Shown here: in pieces, positions 29,207 through 38,622 of the stretch | Numbering within the stretch: the stretch's first letter is position 1 | Layout: the number at the start of each line of letters is the position of its first letter | Source of the DNA: Candidatus Aminicenantes bacterium | GTDB taxonomy: Bacteria > Acidobacteriota > Aminicenantia > Aminicenantales > JAFGBC01 | Assembly (NCBI GenBank): GCA_963702005.1 | Contig: OY969696.1 | Coordinates: 320,001 to 384,000, forward strand | Reading direction: 5' to 3' | Length of the DNA: 64,000 nucleotides | The notes under the pieces: model-generated | The model's input: the letters and a program-made list of their open reading frames with translations, nothing else | What the model was told of the DNA's origin: nothing | Databases searched by the model: none | Made by a program: the position numbers and the translations under genes

Positions 29207-30526
29207 ATGGCGGATCTTAAACAAAAATTCGCCGAGAAGATCGGCCCGATGAGAGAGAGGGTCCAGAAAGTCGTCAAGGAAACGGGCAACGTCGTCGTCG
29301 ACGATGTGACGATCTCCCAGGTCGTCGGCGGCATGCGCGACATCAGCTGCATGATCTGGATGATCTCGGACCTCGACCCCCAGGAAGGCATCCGCTTCCG
29401 CGGCTACACCATCCCCGAGCTCCAGCAGAAGCTCCCCAAGGCGCCGGGCGGAACGGAACCCATGCCCGAGGGCATTTTCTATTTCCTCCTGACAGGGGAG
29501 ATCCCGACCTACGAGGACTGCAAGGCGGTCACCGAGGAATGGCGCAAGCGCAGCCACCTGCCCGACCACCTCGTCAAGGCCATGGAATCGATCCCTAAGG
29601 ATACGCATCCCATGACCCAGTTCTCGCTGGCCATCCTGGCTCTCCAGCGGGACTCCAAGTTCGCCGCCCGCTACCGCGCCGGCATGCCCAAGACGGAATA
29701 CTGGGATCCGATGTTCGAGGACGTCATGGACATCCTGGCCAAGCTTCCGGAGATCGCGGCCCGGATTTACCGGCGCGCCTATAAAGGCGGCAAGTACATC
29801 ACCCCCGATCCGAAGCTCGACTGGGGCGCCAACCAGGCCCACATGCTCGGGGTCGACAAGCCCGACTTCTACGACCTGATGCGGCTGTACCTCGTCATCC
29901 ACAGCGATCACGAGGGCGGGAACGTCTCCGCCCACACCTGCCACCTCGTCGGCTCCGCCCTTTCGGACGCCTATTATTCCCTGTCGGCGGCCATGAACGG
30001 TCTGGCCGGTCCCCTCCATGGGCTGGCCAACCAGGAAGTCCTGCGCTGGATCATGGACGTTATGAAGGAGCTCGGCGGCGTCCCGACCAAGGAGCAGCTC
30101 CACAAGTTCCTGTGGGATACCCTGAAGTCCGGGAAGGTCATCCCCGGCTACGGCCATGCCGTTCTCCGCAAGACCGACCCCCGCTACATCGCCCAGCGCG
30201 AGTTCGCCCTCAAGCACCTCCCCGACTACGACATGTTCAAGGTCGTGAGCGACATCTATGAAGTCGCCCCCAAGATCCTCATCGAGCAGGGTAAAGCCAA
30301 AAATCCCTGGCCGAATGTCGACGCTCATTCCGGAGTCCTCCTCTACTACTACGGCATCACCGAGTACGACATCTACACGGTCTTCTTCGGCGTGTCCCGC
30401 GCCATGGGCATCCTGTCCCAGCTCATCTGGAGCCGGGTCCTCGGCCTGGCCATCGAGCGGCCAAAGTCCGTCCTTATCGATTGGCTCGAGGAAAAGGCCA
30501 AGGCCGCACCGGCGCCGGCGAAGTAA
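29207..30526 (+). CDS. gltA: Citrate (Si)-synthase, eukaryote-type
   Basis: HSDHEGGNVSAH, GLAGPLHGLANQEVL, PGYGHAVLRKTDPRY, NPWPNVDAHSG. Confidence 0.95.
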   Translation: MADLKQKFAEKIGPMRERVQKVVKETGNVVVDDVTISQVVGGMRDISCMIWMISDLDPQEGIRFRGYTIPELQQKLPKAPGGTEPMPEGIFYFLLTGEIPTYEDCKAVTEEWRKRSHLPDHLVKAMESIPKDTHPMTQFSLAILALQRDSKFAARYRAGMPKTEYWDPMFEDVMDILAKLPEIAARIYRRAYKGGKYITPDPKLDWGANQAHMLGVDKPDFYDLMRLYLVIHSDHEGGNVSAHTCHLVGSALSDAYYSLSAAMNGLAGPLHGLANQEVLRWIMDVMKELGGVPTKEQLHKFLWDTLKSGKVIPGYGHAVLRKTDPRYIAQREFALKHLPDYDMFKVVSDIYEVAPKILIEQGKAKNPWPNVDAHSGVLLYYYGITEYDIYTVFFGVSRAMGILSQLIWSRVLGLAIERPKSVLIDWLEEKAKAAPAPAK

Positions 30527-30571
30527 GGGCGCGACCCGGTCTCGTCCGCTCCGAGTGGAAAGACACTCAAA

Positions 30572-30603
30572 GGGCGGCTCCGCAAGGAGCCGCCCCTTTT
30601 TTA
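30572..30603 (+). terminator. Rho-independent terminator after gltA
   Basis: GGGCGGCTCC-GCAA-GGAGCCGCCC stem followed by a T run. Confidence 0.88.
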
Positions 30604-31890
30604 TTCATTATCAAACATGCTGACGAAGGGCCGAAGCCAATCTCTACCATATACCTCTTCCACCTTCGCCAAATGTTCTTTGCTCGCCCCTCTTTCTATG
30701 GCATCCATATATTCAACGAAATCTGTTTTGTTTGCAGCCGAATATATTTGCGTTCCGTATCTTGCCTCGTTGTCTTTATTCACTTTTGGATGATTTAATA
30801 ATCCATACATTTCTCGATCAACAAATATCGCATCGCAATAGGGCAATATTGAAGCTACCCTGGAGATGTCGTTTATAATGCCGGCGCTGGGAACTTTTTT
30901 TCTTCCTCCATACGCGGTTTGATCAGCAAGGGCAGCCCACAACAAAGAAGATATTCGTATTGAGGGAACATCTAACATTTTTTCTAAAGTGAGGAACTCG
31001 AATAATATTCTCATGGTCTGATCTTCTTTATCCGGCAAATGCCTTTGGAGGTCGACAATAATTTCGTTCGATTCATTCATTATAATTTCCAGACTTTCTT
31101 CCGCAGTTGCCGCAAGCTTTCCAATGGACATATAGTAGTATTTAGATAAGTTTTGAAAATATCTTTCAATTATTGCTTTTCCAAAGGCCATTCCCTCACT
31201 GATAAACCTGTCTTCGAACGTTATTTCTTTGTCTTCTTTCCATATCTTAAAGGTCTTCGTAATCACCTCGCTAATCCGTTCTCTCCTTTTTTGCATCTCT
31301 TTTATTTCTTCATCTGAAATATCAAAATTGACAGATAACCGAATTCGTTCCTGCCAACAGTTATGGTCTCCGCGAATCATATGTTTTCTCTCGATATTTG
31401 AGATGGCTAGTCCTTCTTTTCTAATATACTTACGGAAACAATCGGCTATTTGATATCTTCTTATAGTCCCCGGATCATAAAAACTCGCGCCATTCGATAA
31501 ATGCTCATACATTCTCTTTTGGGCTTGAAATTGATATAAAGCAGATTCATCTTGGTGGAATGAAGAGTCCGGACAAATGATTAGCTGTAATTTGAGTAGC
31601 CTATCTATTTTCTCGAAAAGAATAAACCAAAAATGATCTATACTTTTAGTCTTGTTCAATTTTCTATTTATTGCTTTCATCATTTCGCTAATAACGAATT
31701 GGTCTAAGTATATGATTTTTTTGTTCAATCGAGGCAATTTATAGCTCGTTGTATGCAAGCATTCTCGGCATCTTCGAGTATAAGTGTTTCTTGCTATTAG
31801 AAGAACGCCAAAAGAATCAGCTTTTTTGCATTTTGGGCATTTTGAAAACGGCGGAAAGTTAAACATTTTAGGATCGAACACCATTCTCAT
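30601..31890 (-). CDS. AT-rich hypothetical protein: N-terminal Zn ribbon plus PIN-like domain
   Basis: CPKC..CREC; IIYLDQFVIS, SSFHQDES, INDIS..PYCDAIFVDREM; strongly AT-rich relative to flanks. Confidence 0.7.
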   Translation of the reverse strand: MRMVFDPKMFNFPPFSKCPKCKKADSFGVLLIARNTYTRRCRECLHTTSYKLPRLNKKIIYLDQFVISEMMKAINRKLNKTKSIDHFWFILFEKIDRLLKLQLIICPDSSFHQDESALYQFQAQKRMYEHLSNGASFYDPGTIRRYQIADCFRKYIRKEGLAISNIERKHMIRGDHNCWQERIRLSVNFDISDEEIKEMQKRRERISEVITKTFKIWKEDKEITFEDRFISEGMAFGKAIIERYFQNLSKYYYMSIGKLAATAEESLEIIMNESNEIIVDLQRHLPDKEDQTMRILFEFLTLEKMLDVPSIRISSLLWAALADQTAYGGRKKVPSAGIINDISRVASILPYCDAIFVDREMYGLLNHPKVNKDNEARYGTQIYSAANKTDFVEYMDAIERGASKEHLAKVEEVYGRDWLRPFVSMFDNE

Positions 31891-32067
31891 TTGTTAATCC
31901 AGAATGAATAAACAACTACTGGGGAGAAGATCAACCTTTGTCTGCCTTGGGCTCTTCGGCAATTGATTTAAATCGTTTTCTAGTCATCCTAGATAGTTCT
32001 TAGATCATTCGTTCCCTTTGAGGACAAGGATAAGTGGATGAAGACTGAAAGTCAATTTCCTCGAAGA

Positions 32068-32409
32068 TCAACGCCTTTCCTTGAGCTCGGCTTCCATCGC
32101 CCTCTGGACGAGCTGGTTTAAAGTGATCCCCTGGAGGCGCGACTTCCGGACGGCTTTTTGATGAAGCTCGGGAGAAATCCGGATGTTGAAGCTTCCCTTG
32201 TAGGATTTTTGCGTCTCCTTCCCGGCCGTCCGGCAGATTTCGATATAATCCAAGACGGCCTCGCGGAACGCTTTCTTGAGCTCGTTGACGGAGCGGCCCT
32301 CGAAGGAGACAAGGTCCTTGATGCCTTCGATCCGGCCGTGGAAACAATCGTCTTCCGGACTGAAATGAATCGTCGCCAGGAAATCCTTATACCTAAGAAT
32401 ATTCTTCAT
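32068..32409 (-). CDS. hicB: HicB family antitoxin
   Basis: LRYKDF..I.FS.ED..FHGRI.GI.DLVSFEG.SV.EL..AF..AV.DY, KSYKGSFNIRISPELH, ITLNQ. Confidence 0.93.
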   Translation of the reverse strand: MKNILRYKDFLATIHFSPEDDCFHGRIEGIKDLVSFEGRSVNELKKAFREAVLDYIEICRTAGKETQKSYKGSFNIRISPELHQKAVRKSRLQGITLNQLVQRAMEAELKERR

Positions 32410-32666
32410 GGAATCATCCCTCGCGATCTCAATTCATCCTCGAGATCAACCATCTGATACGACTTGAGGATCCCTGCCGGGTGTGGCCTGTGAAGACGAA
32501 TGACATGGCCCGTTTCAAGATGAACGAACGCGATCCTCGACCCGGAGGTTCTCCCGCCTTTTAATTCTCGATACCCCAACCCGCTCAACAACATGCGTAA
32601 CTCATCATAGGAGAAGTCCTTCGGCCGAGACAGAAATCTCTTCAGGAGCTTCTCGAAACGGCTCAT
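32406..32666 (-). CDS. hicA: HicA family toxin
   Basis: MSRFEKLLKRFLSRPKDFSYDEL..LGY..GRTSGSRIAF..IRLHRPHP..LKSYQ. Confidence 0.9.
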   Translation of the reverse strand: MSRFEKLLKRFLSRPKDFSYDELRMLLSGLGYRELKGGRTSGSRIAFVHLETGHVIRLHRPHPAGILKSYQMVDLEDELRSRGMIP

Positions 32667-32694
32667 TGACAATTTACCATAAACGCATTTAGGC

Positions 32695-32715
32695 TGCAAC
32701 CAATATTTAGTTGCA
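32695..32715. promoter_or_regulatory. Putative HicB operator palindrome
   Basis: TGCAAC-N9-GTTGCA about 30 bp upstream of the hicA start. Confidence 0.6.
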
Positions 32716-32889
32716 ATTTGATCAATCGCTCTATTCGGTCGCCATCCGGGCTGAGAGACCAATCGCTCTCGATAAAACATCAGACGCTGTACGTAAGTGC
32801 CCGGTCTCAAGGCGCGCCTATTCCCATGACCAGGGCCGATATGCTATATTTGCGGGGCCGTGAAGACTCTCTGATGGAGGATGCGCGCC

Positions 32890-33933
32890 ATGGAACATAA
32901 GATCGGGCTCATCGGCTGCGGGACGGTCGGGCAGGGACTCCTCGAGATCCTGGACCGGAAAGGACCCGAGCTCCGCGAGCGCTACGGGTTCGAGGCCAGG
33001 GTCGTCGCGATCAGCGACAAGATCAAGGGTTCGGTCCTGGCCCCCGACGGCCTGGCCGTCCCCAAGGTCCTCGAGATCCTCGGCGCCGGGAAGACCCTGG
33101 ACGCCTATCCCGGCGGGAGCCGGCCGGCCTCGCTCGATCCCCTGGACATGATCGAAAAGTCGAATGCCGAGATCATCGCCGAGCTGACCTACACCGACAT
33201 CAAGACCGGCGAACCCGCCACGAGCTACATAAAAAAGGCCCTCCGGACCGGCAAACACGTCGTCACCTCGAACAAAGGGCCGGCCGCCCTCCATTACCAC
33301 GAGCTCAAAAAGATGGCCCAGGCGAACCGGCTCCAGTTCCGGATCGAGGGAACGGTCATGAGCGGAACGCCCGTCTTTCACCTCGTCGAGACCGGACTGG
33401 CCGGGAACGAGATCCGGGAAGTCCTGGGCATCCTCAACGGCACGACGAACTTCATCCTGACCAAGATGGAAGTCGACGGCATGGATTACGCCGACGCCCT
33501 GAAGCTCGCCCAAAAGCTGGGCTACGCCGAGGCCGACCCGACGGCCGACGTGGAGGGCTTCGACGCGGCCGGAAAGATCGTCATCCTCTCTAACGTCCTC
33601 CTGGGTGGATCCATCAAGCCCGACGACGTCCCGAGGGAGGGGATCGCATCGATCACGCGCGCCATGGTCCTCGACGCGAAGGCCCGGGGTTATCGCTACA
33701 AGCTCGTCGCCCGGGCCAAGAAGGACGGGGGCAAGGTTGCGGCCAGCGTCGCGCCCCAGCGACTCCTCCTGTCGGATCCCCTGGCCGGGGTCATGGGGGC
33801 CCAGAACGCGCTGACCTTCGACACCGACCTGATGGGGAAGGTCACCATCCAAGGCGCCGGCGCGGGGAAGATCGAGACCGGCTTCTCCATATTATCCGAC
33901 CTGCTGGCCATCCACCGGACCCTATCCAAGTGA
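32890..33933 (+). CDS. hom: Homoserine dehydrogenase
   Basis: GCGTVG, HVVTSNKGP, GILNGTTNFIL, GYAEADPTADVEGFDAA.K, GAGAG..ET. Confidence 0.95.
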   Translation: MEHKIGLIGCGTVGQGLLEILDRKGPELRERYGFEARVVAISDKIKGSVLAPDGLAVPKVLEILGAGKTLDAYPGGSRPASLDPLDMIEKSNAEIIAELTYTDIKTGEPATSYIKKALRTGKHVVTSNKGPAALHYHELKKMAQANRLQFRIEGTVMSGTPVFHLVETGLAGNEIREVLGILNGTTNFILTKMEVDGMDYADALKLAQKLGYAEADPTADVEGFDAAGKIVILSNVLLGGSIKPDDVPREGIASITRAMVLDAKARGYRYKLVARAKKDGGKVAASVAPQRLLLSDPLAGVMGAQNALTFDTDLMGKVTIQGAGAGKIETGFSILSDLLAIHRTLSK

Positions 33934-34099
33934 TGGCCGGATGGGAGCTCCGCCCGGCCGAGGCCCACTTGACGAACGGACCCGTTTCTTAGTATTTTAG
34001 CCTCTCAAGCTGTATCATGGTTTTCGCCCTGCCTGAGTTTTCATCCGTTGCCGAGACCCATAACTGTATCCGCATATTCATGAAATCCTTGGAGGTATC

Positions 34100-35506
34100 A
34101 TGAGCTCCCAGCAATCTTTCAGCCCGGACGTCCAGAAATACATCGAGCGGGCCAAAGCGATCATCGCCGAGCGCGAAACCGCCCTGGCCCGGGCTAAAAA
34201 AATGAAATTCGACACTTTGGCCGTTCACGGGCTGTACACGGTCGAGGAAGCCCTCAACCAGAATCAAGGCGCCGTCATCGAACCGCTCTATCTCTCGGCC
34301 TCCCAGGCCTACCGCGATTCGGCCGAGCTCGAAGCGGCCTTGGCCTACCTGATCCCGACCTGGTGTTACACCCGGATCGCCAACCCGACGACCTACTATC
34401 TCGAATGGACGCTCGCCCTGCTCGAGGGTTATCGGACGGGATTCGACACATCCTGCCTGGTCACCGCGTCGGGAATGTCGGCGATCATGTCCGCCGCCGA
34501 TCCGCTGCTCGTCAAGCAGAAGGACGGACCGGAGCGGATCAATTTCGTCTCCTGCATCCAGGTTTACGGCGGCACCTACCAGCAGTTTTCGATCCGGAAA
34601 ATGAAGGAACGGGGAATCGAGGTCCGCTGGGTCCAGCATCCTTGGGACGTCGAGGATTGGAAAGCCAAGATCGACGAGGATACGCGTTTTATCTACATGG
34701 AGATGCCCTCCAACCCCCAGCAGTCCTTCGCCGATATCAAGGCCCTGGCCGACCTGGCCCACGGCCATGGGATCCCCCTCATCGTCGACGCGACCTGCGC
34801 GACGCCGGCCCTGATGCGGCCGATCGCCCATGGCGCCGATATCGTCGTCCATTCCCTGACCAAATCCATCACCTCGGGCGGCTTCGCCATCGGCGGAGCC
34901 CTTATCAGCCGCAAGCCGATCACGACCAAGGTCCACAACGATACCCCTCTATTCAAGGACAGCTTCGCCGAATATGTGAAGTTCCTTCCCTACCGGGATA
35001 ACGGCCCGGCCGCCTCCCCGGTCAACGCGATCTTCGCCCTGAACGACCTCAGGATACTCCGCTCCAAGATGGACCTGGTCAGCCGAAATTGCCAACAGGT
35101 GGCCGAGTACCTCCAGTCCCACCCCAAAGTCTATCAGGTCGATTACTTGGGCCTGCCCAGCTTTCACCTTCACAAGGTGGCCTCGAAGTACATGACGCTC
35201 GTCGACTCCGACGACGGGACCGGAAAAGAGGTCAACCGCTACGGGCATCTCATGAGCTTCCGGGTCGACGGTCCACCCCAGAACGCCCGGAAAGTGTTCG
35301 ACAACTTAAAAATGATCTTCAGAGCCACCGACCTGGGCCGCATCAAGAGCGTCGCCACCATCCCGGCCATCTCGACCCATTTCCAGCAGGGCGAGGAAGC
35401 GAGGCGGATGGCCGACGTCCCGCCCCAGCTGATCCGGCTCTGCGTCGGCGGCGAGCATCCCGACGACATCATCGCCGATCTCGACCAAGCCCTCGCTTCG
35501 CTCTGA
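34100..35506 (+). CDS. Cys/Met metabolism PLP-dependent enzyme (O-acylhomoserine sulfhydrylase/lyase family)
   Basis: FDTLAVHG, YTRIANPT, ASGMSAI, YGGT, HGADIVVHSLTKS, LIRLCVGGEH.DDIIADL. Confidence 0.88.
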   Translation: MSSQQSFSPDVQKYIERAKAIIAERETALARAKKMKFDTLAVHGLYTVEEALNQNQGAVIEPLYLSASQAYRDSAELEAALAYLIPTWCYTRIANPTTYYLEWTLALLEGYRTGFDTSCLVTASGMSAIMSAADPLLVKQKDGPERINFVSCIQVYGGTYQQFSIRKMKERGIEVRWVQHPWDVEDWKAKIDEDTRFIYMEMPSNPQQSFADIKALADLAHGHGIPLIVDATCATPALMRPIAHGADIVVHSLTKSITSGGFAIGGALISRKPITTKVHNDTPLFKDSFAEYVKFLPYRDNGPAASPVNAIFALNDLRILRSKMDLVSRNCQQVAEYLQSHPKVYQVDYLGLPSFHLHKVASKYMTLVDSDDGTGKEVNRYGHLMSFRVDGPPQNARKVFDNLKMIFRATDLGRIKSVATIPAISTHFQQGEEARRMADVPPQLIRLCVGGEHPDDIIADLDQALASL

Positions 35507-35563
35507 AACTCCGCCGGCCGCTCGGTTGAATTTTGGGGGGGCTTCGTCTACAATGGCCCCAGG

Positions 35564-36832
35564 ATGGAAAAGATCAGGATTTTGGGGGATCACGAGCTTC
35601 GCCTCAAGGGCGAGGTCCGGATCAGCGGCGCCAAGAACGCGGTGCTCCCCGCCATCGCCGCCGCCCTCCTGACCAGCGGCGAAGTCCGGCTGACGAACGT
35701 CCCCCTCGTTAAGGACGTCTTCACGATCCTGAGGCTGGTCAAGGAGTTGGGCGCGGTCTATGAGATCCGAGACAACACCCTGACTCTCCGGGTCCGCGGC
35801 CTCTCCTCCGACGAGGCGGCCTACGCCCTCGTCCGGGCCATGAGGGCGTCCATCCTGGTCCTGGGTCCTCTGCTGGCCCGTCACGGCAAGGCTGTCGTCG
35901 CCCTGCCCGGCGGCTGCGCCATCGGATCGCGTCCGATCGACCTCCATATCGGAGGCCTTCAGAAGCTGGGGGCGACGATCAGCCTTGAACACGGCTATAT
36001 CCAGGCTTCGGCCGATCGTCTCCGCGGGGCCGAGATCCACTTCGAAAAGAAAACCGTCACCGGCACCGAGAACCTGGTCATGGCGTCCTGTTTGGCCGAG
36101 GGCGAGACCGTCCTTCGCAACTGCGCCGTCGAGCCCGAGGTCACGAACCTCTGCGAGCTCTTGGTCAAGATGGGCGCCGGGATCGAGGGGATCGGCGAGG
36201 AAACCATCCGGATCAACGGCGTCCGCGAGCTGGGCGGAGCCGAACATGAAATCATTCCGGACCGGATCGAGGCCGGGACGTTCCTGGTGGCGGGCGGCCT
36301 GACCCAGGGCGATCTCGTCCTGACCGGAGTTCAACCCGACCACCTGACGACGGTCATCGAGAGGCTCCGCTACTCGGGCGTCGCCATCGAGAGGATCGAA
36401 CCGGGCGCCCTCCACGTCGTCGGCGGCCCCGAGATCCGGCCCCAGGATATCACGACCTCCCCCTACCCCGGATTCCCGACGGATATGCAGGCCCAATTCA
36501 TGGCCCTGATGACCCAAGCCCTGGGAACGTCCATCATCACCGAGACCATTTTCGACCGCCGCTTCGCCCACGTCAACGAACTCCTCCGTCTCGGGGCCGC
36601 CATCGAAGTCTCGGGAGACAAGGCCGTCGTCAGGGGAAAAACGCTCTTGAGCGGAGCGGAGACGATCGCCACCGACCTTCGGGCCTCGGCATGCCTGGTC
36701 CTGGCCGGCCTGGTTGCGAGCGGCGAGACCGTCATCAACGAGGCCGAACACCTCGACCGGGGCTACGAGAGGATCGAGGACAAGCTCAAGGCCCTGGGGG
36801 CCCGCATCGAGCGGATCTCGGACAAGAAATAG
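35564..36832 (+). CDS. murA: UDP-N-acetylglucosamine 1-carboxyvinyltransferase
   Basis: SGAKNA.LP, MRASILVLGPL, LPGGCAIGSRPIDLH, PYPGFPTDMQAQ, HLDRGYE. Confidence 0.97.
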   Translation: MEKIRILGDHELRLKGEVRISGAKNAVLPAIAAALLTSGEVRLTNVPLVKDVFTILRLVKELGAVYEIRDNTLTLRVRGLSSDEAAYALVRAMRASILVLGPLLARHGKAVVALPGGCAIGSRPIDLHIGGLQKLGATISLEHGYIQASADRLRGAEIHFEKKTVTGTENLVMASCLAEGETVLRNCAVEPEVTNLCELLVKMGAGIEGIGEETIRINGVRELGGAEHEIIPDRIEAGTFLVAGGLTQGDLVLTGVQPDHLTTVIERLRYSGVAIERIEPGALHVVGGPEIRPQDITTSPYPGFPTDMQAQFMALMTQALGTSIITETIFDRRFAHVNELLRLGAAIEVSGDKAVVRGKTLLSGAETIATDLRASACLVLAGLVASGETVINEAEHLDRGYERIEDKLKALGARIERISDKK

Positions 36833-36849
36833 GGACAAGGAGGACCGGC

Positions 36850-37194
36850 ATGGAGGCCTGCCTCTTCTGCAAAATCGCCGCCAAGGAGATTCCGGCCCGG
36901 ATCGTCCACGAAACGGAGCGGGTTCTCGCCTTCGAAGACATCGCCCCCAAAGCCCCCCATCATATCCTGATCATTCCCAAGGAACATTTCGCTTCGCTCA
37001 ACGACCTGCCGGCCGACAAGGGAGATTTATTGGTCGAGGTTTTAATGGCGGCCCGGACTATCGCCCGGGAGCTGGGAATATCCGCGTCGGGCTACCGGAT
37101 CGTCCTCAACACGGCCCGCGATTCGGGGCAGGAAGTCTTCCACATCCACTTCCATCTTCTGGGCGGCCGGCGGATGACCTGGCCGCCGGGATAG
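36850..37194 (+). CDS. Histidine triad (HIT) nucleotide-binding protein
   Basis: CLFCKI, AF.DI.PKAP.HILIIPK, GQEVFHIHFHLLGGR..WPPG. Confidence 0.95.
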   Translation: MEACLFCKIAAKEIPARIVHETERVLAFEDIAPKAPHHILIIPKEHFASLNDLPADKGDLLVEVLMAARTIARELGISASGYRIVLNTARDSGQEVFHIHFHLLGGRRMTWPPG

Positions 37195-37225
37195 GACGCG
37201 CCTTCGGCCTCCGCCGAAATCCCCC

Positions 37226-37711
37226 ATGTCTTACATCATCGACGGCAGCAACTTCCTGGGCCGCCAGGCCGTATCCGTCAGAGACGCCCCGGAAAAAATG
37301 GACTTAGCCCGGAGGCTGTCGATGTTCCAGCGTCAGACGCGGGCACGGGTGACCCTCGTCTTCGACGGCCCTCCGGATCCCGGTCTTGAAACCCCGCCGG
37401 CTCCGCCCGGCCAGAGGACGCTGGCCGTCCTATTCCCCGCCGAAGGCGAAAAGGGCGACGACCTCATTATGGACATCATCCTCAAGCAGAAGAATCCTCG
37501 GCATACCGTCCTGGTGACGTCCGATCGAGAGCTCGCTGAATGCGGCCGCGAGCTCGGCCTGAGGATCATAAGCGTTGCCGATTTCGCTAAACAGCTTCGG
37601 GAAGCCCTCCGAGATTTCCACAAGGCGCGCGCCTCCCGGAAGCGGGAGACGAAACCGCCGAAAGGGCTCGAGCTCAGCCTCTGGCTGGATGTGTTCAAGG
37701 AGCGCCAATGA
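37226..37711 (+). CDS. YacP-like NYN domain protein
   Basis: YIIDGSN, LVFDG, GDDLI, VTSDREL. Confidence 0.85.
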   Translation: MSYIIDGSNFLGRQAVSVRDAPEKMDLARRLSMFQRQTRARVTLVFDGPPDPGLETPPAPPGQRTLAVLFPAEGEKGDDLIMDIILKQKNPRHTVLVTSDRELAECGRELGLRIISVADFAKQLREALRDFHKARASRKRETKPPKGLELSLWLDVFKERQ

Positions 37712-38622
37712 CGCGAGTCGCCATCATCGGAGCCGGAAGGCTGGGAACCTCGTTGGGCGTGGCTCTGCGCCGGGCCGGATATGCGGTCCGGGCCGTGACT
37801 TGCCGCCGGAGGGCGTCGGCTCGGGAAAGCGCCCGCCTCATCGGCCGGACCGTTCCTTTCGCAAACAACGCCCGGGCCGCGGAGAGTGGGGATCTTATAT
37901 TCATTTGCCTGCCGGACGGGGCGATCCGCGCCGCCGCGGACGCGCTCGCGGCCGAAGCGAAAAACCTTTCAGGCAAGATCGTCTTTCACACGAGCGGAGC
38001 CGTCGCCGCCTCGGCGCTGGCTCCGCTGCTAAAGCGGGGCGCCTCGATCGCGTCTTTCCACCCCGTCCAGTCCTTTGCGCGCAAAGAGGGAAGCGCCGAG
38101 ATGTTCGCCGGCATCGCGGTCGCGCTGGAAGGGGATCCCCGAGCAGTCGCCGCGGGGCGGCGGATCGTCAAGGCCCTCGGCGGCCGGACGCTCCTTATCA
38201 GGGCGGACCAGAAAGCGGCCTTTCACGCGGCCTGCAGCATCGTTTCCAACTATCTCGTCGTCCTCTTCGACATGGCCGAGGCGTCGCTCCGCGAGGCCGG
38301 GATTAAGAACCGGGACGCTTTCCGCTCTCTCCTCCCTCTCGCGAAAGGAATTTTACGAAACGTAAAAATTATTGACGCGGGGAGATCCTTGACCGGCCCC
38401 ATCGCCCGCGGGGATTTCGAGACGGTCGCCCGGCACCTCGAGGCCTTCCGGCGCCTTCCTCGTTACAGAAGCGCCTATCGCGGGTTGGGGCGGCTTGCCC
38501 TCGACCTGGCCGCGCGGCGGGGACTCCCGCCCCAACAAGTCAAAGCATTGAGGCGGTTGCTGGAAGATAGACGACCTCTTCCTCGAGTTCGACGCCGAAC
38601 CCGTTCCGAACCCTCTCCTTGA
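37708..38622 (+). CDS. Rossmann-like DUF2520 oxidoreductase (PanG-like)
   Basis: IIGAGRLG, FHTSGA, SFHPVQSF, FHAAC..SNY, LTGPIARGD..TV..HL. Confidence 0.88.
   Translation: MTRVAIIGAGRLGTSLGVALRRAGYAVRAVTCRRRASARESARLIGRTVPFANNARAAESGDLIFICLPDGAIRAAADALAAEAKNLSGKIVFHTSGAVAASALAPLLKRGASIASFHPVQSFARKEGSAEMFAGIAVALEGDPRAVAAGRRIVKALGGRTLLIRADQKAAFHAACSIVSNYLVVLFDMAEASLREAGIKNRDAFRSLLPLAKGILRNVKIIDAGRSLTGPIARGDFETVARHLEAFRRLPRYRSAYRGLGRLALDLAARRGLPPQQVKALRRLLEDRRPLPRVRRRTRSEPSP

Noticed and set aside
33960-34099. Possible SAM/T-box riboswitch upstream of the Cys/Met enzyme
   Set aside because: No SAM-I (ATC.AGAG..GAGGGA..GCAACC) or T-box (GGTGG.ACC) core visible; only a sigma70-like promoter
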